A DNA stretch of 64,000 bases from Thalia democratica (Eukaryota), in NCBI GenBank assembly GCA_965202585.1, contig OZ241833.1, positions 29,822,001 to 29,886,000 on the forward strand, given 5' to 3'. Each line of letters starts with the position of its first letter. The first letter of the stretch is position 1. The notes beneath the pieces were generated by a model. It was given only the letters and a program-made list of their open reading frames with translations, had not been told where the DNA came from and did no database searches. The position numbers and the translations under genes are program-made. This document shows, piece after piece, positions 47,901 to 59,900 of this stretch.

Positions 47901-50900
47901 TTGTTTAAAGTAACGGAAACACGTTATTGGGAGCGTTTAACACTTGAAATTTACTAATAATAAAATGAACAAGTTGCTGAAAACCGTTGCGCCTTTTTTG
48001 AAGCAAAATGTTTTGCCGTACTACAAAAAAGTAAAAAATTTAACACTCACATGTATATATATATATATCTTAACTTAAAAAATTCTTAAAACAAACAAAC
48101 TTTTTTCTGAGCACACGGCCTTGTTGTAGTACAAGTAGATGACGACCACCAGCAGTATGAAAACCAGCATGAACACCGAACCCCCCACCACGGCCATTGT
48201 GACGTAATCGCTCGATTCGCTGTACACGTCATAATCGAGTCCTGTTTGTGAGAATGTAAAAAAATGTTTGTTTAAATGATTTAAATAGCTGTGGTTTTAA
48301 TTCAAACTGTATTAAGACTCTGTAAGTATCATTTGTTACTTTACATAAATATACAGTAAATCAATAACTTTTTGGTAACTTTTTGTAACTTCTGTTTGTT
48401 TGCATTAAGCTTTAAACTGTATATATAGCCTAACAAAAAAATTCCTACAACAGCTTTTATAGCTAAACTTGAAACACTATAAGATATTGTTAAGGCAAGT
48501 GTACAACTAATTCTGTTTTTTTAACATTAACTTTTGTTGTTGGAATAATAATTTAGCTGTTTGTCTGCATTGTCATTTACAAGAATTTCGAACATCTGCT
48601 TGTGTGAAGTCAAGAAGCATTATGAGGTCATCAACGACAAAGTACTTGATGACAGGCAAGCGCGTACCTGTCAAACAAGGGTTTGTGACATCATAATGCT
48701 TTCGTGACAAAACAACAGTAAGTACTAAAATGAGTTTAAAGGGCACAACGTTTTATAGCTGGTATGTAAGCAGCTTTCACTTTTTGTCAAACGATGGTAC
48801 TTACTTTAGGATTAGTATAAAACCCTTGGTTGATTTAAATCTTTATACAAACAAAAGAGCTTTTTTATTGTGATCTGGGAAGTTCAATTGAGTTGTTGTT
48901 TTTAAAGTCTTAGTCGCAAAAGCTTTCAAATGGTTTTAGTCAGTTGACTTTCTAGTTTTGATTGTGGTGTTTTAAACTCTGTACATAACTGTAGCAAGTC
49001 TTTTTTTAATTGCGTTTTAAAACTTTGTCGCTTTAATCGCATAATCTTTAAAATACAATTAAAACAAATATTTATTAAAGTTAGGTATTTAACAAAAATT
49101 ATATTTTCGGGAGTTCTTAAAGCTGCGAAATTGATAAAGTAAATGTGCGCAATAAGTACTAGGTGCGGTAATAATATTTGTAATTGAGGAAGCTCCGGGT
49201 AATTTTTTATGTACCATCTGTCTTCTGCGCTACTTTAATGATAGTTAAAGCTTAGCTGGTTTAAAAAACTATCATGAAATTTTCTTCTTCTTCAACGCTT
49301 TTACGATTAATGCTCAAAAATATCAAAAGTTTAGTTAAAAGTTCAAACAAGTTATCAAATCCAAATAAACAGCATAAAAACCAAAAAATTTTTTTTTTCC
49401 AGCAAACAATTTTCCAATTAATAAAATGAGTTTAAACGATAGCTGTCGTGTTGACTAGTATTTTAAACAGAAAACTAGTGTTGTCAAAAACTAAAATTAT
49501 TAAAACAAATTAATTTATTCAAATCGTTAGTGTCGATGGTTATGGGTTGAATGGAAGGCGAGTAATTTAAAGTATATAAATATAAAACAAAACACAATAA
49601 TAAATAATAAACTAATAAATAATGGTAAGTTGTATAGCTGACCAGTGGTATCAACCGTGATGGGTTCACTAGAGGGCGAATAGTTATCTGATCCCCCCAC
49701 AACTGAATTGATGCGGAACGCGTACACCTTGTCAGCGTACAAACAGCTGCGTAATATCAGGTGTGACGTCATATTGGCGCGAACCACCGCGAACTGCTGC
49801 CACTGTGACGTCATCGTTGACTTTTGTGAAGTGGATCTCCTGGTCCTAGTAAATTAGGAAATATCTAAATATTTTTTAACTTTTTTGTTTAAAAATTGAT
49901 GATATATGGTTATAATATATTCATTTAATTCTAAGGGCAGTTTTAATAATTTCGTATTTTTATAGTAATGTTAACAAAGTCAATTGATTTTTTTTACGTA
50001 TTAATTGTTTATATAACCTCACCAAATTTTATTTTCAATAAAAACTACGAAATATTTATATATTAAAACACAAAAATTTTTTTTTAACCTAGTACTAGTA
50101 GCTGAAAAATTCAAAAATATTAAAGTTGAGTTATACAAACACAACTCCTTAAACAACATCGTGTTTAAAATTCTTATTTTTATTCAATGAGAATGTAATT
50201 ATTTTCACTAAAACAACCCACCTATTTGTCTTGACCACCGTACTTTCCACTTCTCTGTACTCGATCTGGTATCCGAACAATCCCTCACTTTTGTACGGAG
50301 CGTTCCACTTCAGCAATATTAGTTTTTCTGTTGTTATGGAATATTTAAATCCGCTGGGTGGAGGAATGAGCACCGCGTTCGTCGGATTACCACCGCTCTC
50401 TGCTATCGCTGTGCGGATAGAAATACTTCGGTGAAACTAATTACTACAGAAGTGTTGGTTTCAAATGTAAGAAACTTTTTATTTACAAGCCTTAAATAAT
50501 TAATAATTTCAAAATAGAACATCTAACACAATTAGTTTTTTGAAAACCGTTACTACTTGTTATTAAAGTTATTATTTTTTTTAATGAAATTTTTTGAAAA
50601 AAATAAATATCAGCACAGTTTTCTATAACAAAATCAACATAGCAACCGACGTTTGGTAACCATGTAAACGGTTTTTGTGAAGTTTCCGGCCCCCATTTGA
50701 TTTTCAGCCAGCAACTGGAATTCGTAGTGGGTGTCGGGTTTCAGGTCGTCTATGACGTATTGGTTGTCAGGGCAACCACAGTACTTGGACACCCACTTGT
50801 AGCTCTCCTCCCCAAACCTTTTATACCTGTGAAAAATGAAAATTATAACTGTGTTACAACTATTACTATGTTCTAAAAAACCTACAAGATAATATACAAT

Positions 50901-53900
50901 ATCTTGTAAAACAAATGTTGCTTTTTACAAGTTTTAAAGTTGTTGCTAGCTACTGGAAAAATTACAAAGGGTAGCTATTATTTAGTATGCTAAATTTAAA
51001 CGAAATAGTTTTAATATTCTTTGAAACACACAGCATTGAAAACTAACCAATACCTACTTTAATAATTAAAAACTGATAGTACGTATACAAAAACCAGCTA
51101 AAATAAAAAAATAAAGTTTTTTACACAAACACTTGGTATACCAACCAGATGATGAAATGTTGTTGGAATCCGCCGTCGAAACCGGGTATCCACCTTAGGT
51201 GCGCCGTGGTCGTTGTCGTGGTAACCGTCAGGTTTGTTGATTGGTGTGGGGAAGTACCTAAAAGAACGAACAAAAGTTGATACTTTCATTCATAGTTATA
51301 CAAGTATTTAATCATTTTCAGAAGTACACAAAATAAAACAAACTTAGTTACTAAAAAACTTATATCGTTCCACTACAACTTTAAAATAGTTTTAAACCTT
51401 TTATATGATTTAAAACTTGTTTTGTGAAAATAAATGATAGTTTAAGGCTAGTTTCACTACTAAAAAAATTTAAACAAACCGAGCACAACGACCCTGGTTG
51501 ACTTCTTCAACGTCATAATTTCGTTGGCAACCACGCACCTCCACAACCCGTTGTCGCCCTTGGTAACCCTCCCTATCTCCATGGTAACCCCCTCCCTCCT
51601 CCGCACCCACGAGTGGTTGCTCGCCCCTTTGTTGTACTTGTACTGTGACGTCATAACAGTTTATAAAATCAATTTTGGTTAGAATTAAAGTAAAGGGAGT
51701 TGAAATTTAATGAGTTTGAAATATATGCAATTTAATTGTCAAACTTTTTAATCTTATTTTTTATTTACGTTTTTTGTTTAGAACATTTTTTATAATGAAG
51801 TAAAAAGCTCTAGTGTATTTTAAGTTTATTTACATCAGAAATAAAAAATCTGTATCCTACGGTACTTGTTTAAAACAAAATATACATAATATTCAAAATC
51901 TATGTGTAATTATATCTAGTATAAAATGTTTTAAAACATACAAGAAAAAAAAAAGAAGTTTTAAAAGAGTGTACTATAGTTAGTTCATAATTTAGATAAA
52001 ACAATGAAAAACTATAACACAAAACAAACAAACTTTATTTCAAAAAAAAAATCCCCTAACCTGTTCCCAGTATACCACCGGCTTCGGGTCTCCGCTCCCG
52101 CGACAGCTCACGTTGAACCTCGCCCCCACCCGGACCCTCACCTCGGACGGCGGCCCCTTCACGACGCTGGGCGGCCTCCTGACGCGGAGCTGCGTCTGGG
52201 GGGAAGCCCCCTTGCTGCCCACGATGTTGTAGGGGCGGCACCTGTAGTACCCCTCGTCGTTGTGGGTGAGGCGGCGGAACATGAGGTGGTTGGTGGACAG
52301 GTGGTCCACGTACATGTTGGACTGTTGAACGAATAAATTATTTCGTGATTTAAACGAACATTAGCTGCGTAGTTTATTGAATTTGTCAGGTAAATTTTGA
52401 ATATTGTCTTCAGAAAAAACTAAATGTTTCTGTAGAGTAAATAGACTGAAAGGTTAGAACCGGTTATTTTGAGTGAAATCTCAGCTCAACTTACGTGTCA
52501 GACTGCATGTTAAAATGTCGAACGGTTGTAAAAGACTGATGTTTTTTTTTAAATGAGTGTCTTGTTTTATTAAAATAAACTTAAGCTAATGGTTTGAGAG
52601 CATTGTATAATAATTTCAAAAATTTTTGGTTTGCGTTAATGGTATTTCAATATTTAAATTAAATTGTATAGAGATAACAAACAGTTAAACTATGCTGATA
52701 CATAACTTGTTTTAGTACATAATAACAAAAAAAAGTATAAGTTCTTAATTCACATTTAAACTAGGTTTTTAATAGAAATGCATACATAACAGCTCGAACC
52801 TCCTATAAAAAAAAGCTACCCAAAAAGCTTTTAAATTAATTCTTTATACTTTCTGTTTTATCTTAAGGTTATTTTATAATTGAATAAAGTAACCTATATG
52901 AAAATTAGTTATTAATCAAATGTTGCACAAACAACAAAAAAAAATCGATAGGTTTTTACATTTCAATTAGGTTTTAATTGCTTTAACATTTGATTTAGTT
53001 TAAGAATTGGAGCAACTTAAAAACATAGATTTAATTTTAAAAAGAATCGTTTCTCGTCACGTCTAAAAGATGTTTTCAATCAAACCAAAATTTAAGATTC
53101 GTTTACAAAAATATTAGGTTTAAGCATCAACGTCATGTGGCCGGATACACAATAAATTCAATTCTTTATAATCTTTTTATGTTTAATACTAACACACAAG
53201 ATTGAAAATTGTTATATATTTCTTTAGTCGAATTGTTTTGCTTAACACAAAGTAAACTTTCCTAGCCTCCTCAATTTAAATCAAACTCAATCAGTATAAA
53301 AAAAAAAGCGCCAAAAGACTTCAAACCTTGGTATTGAAGTTGGTGATTTCCCTCTCGCCCTTGTACCAGGTCACGTGGTCGGTGGGCGGGTTGGCGTCGG
53401 TGGTGCACTTGACCACTAGGGGCATGCTGAGCCCGCCGTACACGAACGGACGGAAGTTCACCACCTCTGCCGCGTCTGTGTGAATACATGAGTTGTTTAT
53501 TTTATTTTTTCAATATGTTTTATTTGTTTTATTTATTTTGTATGTTTTATTTATTTTATTTATTTTTCATATGCTGGTTATGAAAGGTTACTAGTAAGTA
53601 AACCTTCAAGAAGTAATATAGTTAAGTTTATCACGTCTGCCGCGTTTGAGTGAATGATTATACGTTTATTTATTATTCTGGTTTTATAGAGTAATCGTAA
53701 ATTTGTATAATTGTTTTAGCTTTTTGAAAGTTAGTTATTTTTTTAGCACAAAAGTCCTTTGTCATATGACATGAAGTTCTTGAAGTTTCTGCGGCGTCTT
53801 TGTTATTATTAAATAAATATATAGTTTTCTGTTATTTGCAATCTATGTAAAGTATAAGTAAGTTTGTTTAATTAGAAATTATTTTTAATATAAGTTTTAT

Positions 53901-56900
53901 AACGCTTTTGATAGCCGGACCCTACTACTCAAGTTAGATAATAGTTTTGAAGCAATGATAAACTTGCTACACTCAATTTCTGTTCTTTAAACTTTACCTG
54001 CATAGTGTTCTCTTAAAAAATATCTGAAGTTCAGTTGAGTGATTAGAAATTAGTTACGAAACTGAAAACATTAAAATATAGATTTCAATTATTTTTAATC
54101 AAAACAACTTTCTCAACAACAGTGTAAAGACTTTATGTTAGCACAATTACTCATGGCAGTAACAGTGATTTAAAAGCTTTAGGTTAAAAATACACTTAAA
54201 GCAACAAAAAAATTGTTAAAACTGCATTAAAATTAAAATATCTTAAACAGTTTTGCTATATTCAAAACAGGGTACTTATATTTGTACTGTAAGTTTTACC
54301 AGCTCTTGTTAATATTCAATTAAGCAAAAGTTACAACTCAAACTTTCTTATCGAAACTACTTCTCCAGTCGCCCAACGTCTTGTCCTTCCTCTGCGACAA
54401 AGTACGACGCTCGAAAGAAGGCAGTTGCGACTATTACTTGGCAGCGGGCTCGATTAAACTTTGCGCGGTTCAAATTAAACTTGTGTACTCGCATGTAGAA
54501 ACTAGTGGGGGGGGAGGCTTGAAAGAAGTAAGGGGGGTCGTTTAAATTGTACTAATCCCCTCCCATCGCATCTTGTAGCGCATGAATGTTTAATACCCTA
54601 CCACCGCTTAATCCCACATGCAAGCTCAATTGTTTCAAGAAACCGCCAGCAAAAAGCCTTGTTTGTGTTTTTTTTTCATCTCTTGCTTTTCTTTTGCGAA
54701 CTAAAAAGGTTAATTTTTTTGCGTCATACAAAAAGGTTCGGTAAAAAACATTCCAATCGCGTTTTTTAATAAGGATCAGCGATTAATCGACATATGTGTT
54801 TTTTTTTCTGGTGTTTTTTCGTGTCTGGAAGCACATTCTGTTGCTTTTTCACGGTGTAAAATAGCAGATTGTTTGACCAAACTAAGTCGTACGCTATGTT
54901 CAAGACTAAGAAGTTTATAAAAGGTAAAAAGAACACATGAAAGAACTTTTACTAGCCGTTCGGTTTGTACAGTTCATTGGCTTATAAAATAAAAACGGAG
55001 CTTAAAATTTACACTTAGTTATGAAAATATTTTGAACTGTGTAACACATTTAAAACAAATCTTTAGAGAAAGTTCACACAAAAATTAATTTTTAGTCATT
55101 GCAAAACAAATGTTTGTCTGGCTTTCAAAACAATTAATTGAAAATTATTAACATGTATTTATGTGACGTTTTACAGCAAAGTAGCAGCCAAAATACATTA
55201 CCGCAAACTCGCATTCACCTTAGTTTGAATTTTATATTTGAAAGTAAGTAATCATTTTCCCACAGTTCACTTGAATAATTACTTGAAAAAGTTATAAAAT
55301 AAATTATTGTGACTCTTGGAAACATTTAATTAGGCTTTTTAAAATTTTTAAAAATATTAAACAAATTAGATTTTAATTCTTTTATATAGTTTTTTATGAG
55401 TAAGGTGTTTTTAACAGTGTTTTTTGTAAAGTTCTTAAAAAACGATCAGAATGGAATACGCAAAAAATATTGACTTGAGATAAACTACGTAAAGAAAAAC
55501 TTTGTTTTGCTAATCTTTTAATCAATACACTTTTTAGTTATTTTTAGTAAACATAAAATATGATTTAAACATCTTAGTTTCAAACGTAGTTAAATTTTAA
55601 TGAAGACTTAAACTTAATTGCATTAAAAAAACTTCAATTTTTCAAACAAAAGGGTACAAATCAGCTAAACCAACAACAAATGAATGTGAAATGTAAAGTT
55701 TTAGAATAAGCTAAAACAAAACAAAACAAAGGCAGCTTGTAAAAGCATACATTTAACAATCGTACGATAGCTTACTTAATAAGAAGTCAAAAAGTTTTTG
55801 ACGTATTTCTGTGTTTTATTGTTTCACTTAAGTTTTATGCATTTGTGTATTTAAACAATTTTGTTAGGTAGCTGAAAATACTTCAGTTAGAATTTTATCT
55901 ATATAAAAATATCTATAAAAAATAACATCTAAGTATTCGTTAAATGTGTAGTAGTACTTTTATATCAACTTATGGATATCACAATTTGTTATTACGTCAC
56001 ACTAACACTCGACAAAGCTGACGCGTTGGCATCCGGCTTGTACCAAAGTAACTTGACATATAAAAAATACCTTACACTTGTTCTCTATACCAACTTATGC
56101 AGCTATTTCATAACTTACTATGACGTCACAACTAACACTCGACTTCCAAGGAAGCTGATGCGTTCGGATCCGGTTCGTACCAAATCAACTTATCATTTAA
56201 AAAATATCTCACACTTTCCAAAGTATGCAGCTATTTCAAAACTTAACTATGACGTCACAACTTACAGTCAACTTCCAGTGAAGCTGACGCATTCGGATCC
56301 GGCTTGTACCAAAACAACTTGACATTTAAAAAATATCTCGAACTTGTTTTCTACACCAACTTGTGCAGTTATTTCACAAATTTGTTATGACGTCACAACT
56401 AACACTCGACTTCCAGTGAAGCTGACGCGTTCGGGTTCGGCTTGTACCCGTTCCTGGCCACGCACGTCACGGTGGCGTTGGCGTCCTCCTTCCTCACGTT
56501 GGACAGCTGCAGGTTGCCGCGCTCGCTCTTCATCCTGCTCCTGATCTTCGGCGGGAGCTGCGACCTGCTCTTACCGTTGTAGTGCCACCTGGTAAATAAA
56601 AATTCTTTTATGGCTTTTGAACGTGCGTGTTTAAAAATACGTAGCTTCAACCACACAATTGAACGTATTTAAGTTGAGTCGTAAATATTCTACAGCCGTA
56701 TACTAACGTTTAAAAATCTTAGTTTTGGGCAAAGTTGATTAAAATCATTCTGCTTAACTAAACATTAAAAAAAAAACTCAAAAAACTCCTGAGCTGCCTT
56801 TTTTATTTAAATGTCTGCGAATTAAATGATCTGATCTGAAGTCTAATATATTTTAGTTTTTTTTTTCGATTTAGAATTGTACTTATTGATCTGCGTCTTA

Positions 56901-59900
56901 GACTGAATGTAATCTTTTGCGCTTGCAAACTTGTATACGAACGTAAATAGTTTTAATGTCTCTGTAATTGATTTCAAATACTTTTACGCAACTAATCCCT
57001 GATACCTTTGTGCTTAGTTCGAAGTTTTTATAGATTTTAAAGTATTGTAAGTAAACGTAATCCGTCTAGGTACGAGAATATTTGTTTTTGTGCTTCTAAG
57101 GGTTCAAAAAATTAAGTATTTTCGGCACTACTTTAAAAGTTGTTAAAATATTTATGAAACATTACATGCAGTTTATTTACCAAAATGTAAACCTAAAAAT
57201 ATTTTTGAAATTATTTTAAGTTGAAGTGAAGCTTAATAAACGAATAAGTTTTTAGAACACGAGACATTAATTTTTTAAGTAAAGAAAAATACTAGTATTA
57301 AAAGAATTAAATTTTACAAAAAAACAGCTTTAAGGTCCTATGCATGAAAACAGCTACAAAAAATAATTTATTAACAAAAGTTTTTACAGTTTAATTGCAA
57401 ATGAATTTAACTGCATACAAAATAGATAAAATAGTAAACTTGTAGATGTTTTAACAATTAAACAAATTGTTAAACTAAATCATCATAAACGAGAATATTT
57501 TCAAACAGCATTTTAGTGTTACAAACTTTTAGACGGGCCACAACCATCTTGAACGCTTGTAAGTTTTAACTATTTTTAGATACAAAGTAAAAAAATAAAC
57601 TTGTACGTTATGTTAACTTGGCATCTTTCTATTTTACATAAATCACATAACAAACATATGCAAACAGATAAACTAACTCGTAGGTGATGTTTGCCGGGTA
57701 TCCTCCCGCCTTGCACCTGAACAGAGCCACTTTTCCTTCCTTGACCGTTATGCTCTTCGGTTTCGTGTGGATTATTGGCGGGGCTGTGAAATGTTTGTGA
57801 GTACTTAATTAAAATAAATCACTAGCTAAAACACATTACTTTGTGTTAGTTTTTATAAGGGTGGAACCTTTCGGTAATCGGGTCGCACTCCACGTATACC
57901 TTTTAACGTCTTGTCCGGGACTCAGCTCAACTTAAAACATAGTCGAACTGAGTTTTGCAAGAACTAACAGTTTAGTTATTTTTGTTAACAACTACACGTT
58001 TAAACTACTTTTATTTAAAGCGTTAAAAGTTGTTCAACATTGCTTCACAAGAAAAGTTGTACACCGCCGTTTTAGCTATTCAAATACTCTTGTTTGAACT
58101 TTTTAAATTTAAAGTATACATGCAAAAAATTAATTAAAAACACAGGTGTTCTATAAAAGTTTTTTTTTCTTTTGTGTCTTTTGTTTAAAAGTTGCTACAA
58201 CTCTGAAACAAATTTTGAATTGCCAAGTTCCCATGCTTTTACACGAGTGTTTATTATCGAAACAGCAAACGACTCTGTGATTTTGTATGCGATACAAACA
58301 ACTGCGATAAAAACCCCAAACTTCTATTGTTGTTTCAGAATTTTACTCAAACCGCAACTACGTTGTACGTTTAGCAAGGTACCAGGTACAAAAAGTACGT
58401 ACAACTTGATATAAAGTGTTTTATATTAAACTTAATTTTTCACAAAAGTTATACTTGTATGTTTATGATTGAATGTTTTTATTAATTTTTGAAGCTGTTT
58501 ATTTTTCGAACAAACAGGAAAAATGGTTTTGTATATAAAACAAACAAACATGTTTTTGTTTCTCATGCTTCAACTTGTTGTGTGTTTGTTTTTACATTTG
58601 CTTTGCATTAAATGTAAAGACGTTGTTAAATTTTTCAATAAGGATGAAGATAGCTTAGATGTCTATAAAAACGAAATTTTAACATAACAACTTAACTTAC
58701 TTACTTCAAACTTAATTGAGCTGAAAATACAATACGGTGATTGTATGTATTGGTCTTGTTTACAAAATATACCATAAAATGTTTGTTATATAAACCTAAA
58801 ATTCAAGTTTTTTCATAAAGTAAAACATTTCTTTTACATGTCTAAATTTAAAAGTTTAAAGTTGACAATGTATATTTTAATAAGCTTAAAGCTGAAAAAG
58901 ACACAATAAAGCTCATCTATTTAACACAAGTTTAAATATAATTACCTGTTTTGTTAAATATTTACCCTAAAATAGGTATTGATTTTAGTTGTACCAAATC
59001 CTAACTTAATCAGAGAAAAAAGTTTTTTATTGCGTTCTCATATAACAAAACTTTACGTTTTAAGATTAAAAAACCAAAGTTATGTAAAATTTAAATTTTT
59101 TGTATCAAAAAAAAAAAAAAAACTGAATAAAATTCTATTTATGCAAATTTACTACTTTGTTTTATGGAATTTTTAGGGATAAAATTTTAAGATAACGTCA
59201 ATGAATCTGCATATAATCAATTTTATGCTTTCCAAATAGTAAATCAAATTCATTTCTGTTCTAATCGTTTTTACAAAAGAAATAAAGAGGTTGTTCGTTA
59301 CCTTCAATGTTATTAATTCTACGAAAGACTTTTTTATATAGATACAAAATAAATGAAAAGTTATTAAAAATATATACTTACTATAAGATATACTTTTTAT
59401 TGTTAAACAGTTACCATGTTTTGAAATTCAGTTTCAGTAGATATATCTTGCATCTTAAACAATAAAACTTCATACCATTTACGAGGACAGTGGTCTTGTG
59501 CATGACATCCCCCTCAATGTTGCTGCCCTGACAAATATATTGGCCCTGGTGGTGCCGTGCCACTTTGTAAATGACCAAATTCCCACCGCTTATTTCCCAC
59601 TTCTTGTTCTGTGGAAATATCAAGGTGGTTTAGTTGTTTTCAAGGTTCTTTGTTATATATTTTTCAAAAATAATTCTGTTGTGATAACGGTTATTAAATA
59701 CTGCTTGTAACCTCTAATTCCAGCTAAATATATTTAAGTATAAAGTTATTTCACAAGATTAATAGTTAGTTTGATTCATTAATCAACAAATTTTAGATTA
59801 GATTACTATTAGAAAATAGTAACTAGTTATAAAAGTATAATACTTAAATCTACTTTTAATTAAAATGAATTATTCAACGTTAAATAAAGACAGGATATAG

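Noticed and set aside
49527-49642. Read-through hydrophobic stretch LPLFISLLFIIVFCFIFIYF as an alternative TM anchor
   Set aside because: Same compositional explanation (T-rich intron), and a proper TM exon exists at 48101-48241. It would need intron-retention evidence.
55972-56452. CRISPR-like or RNA-gene array
   Set aside because: Eukaryotic context; the units are whole-length homologous copies of an exon-intron junction with no unique spacers.
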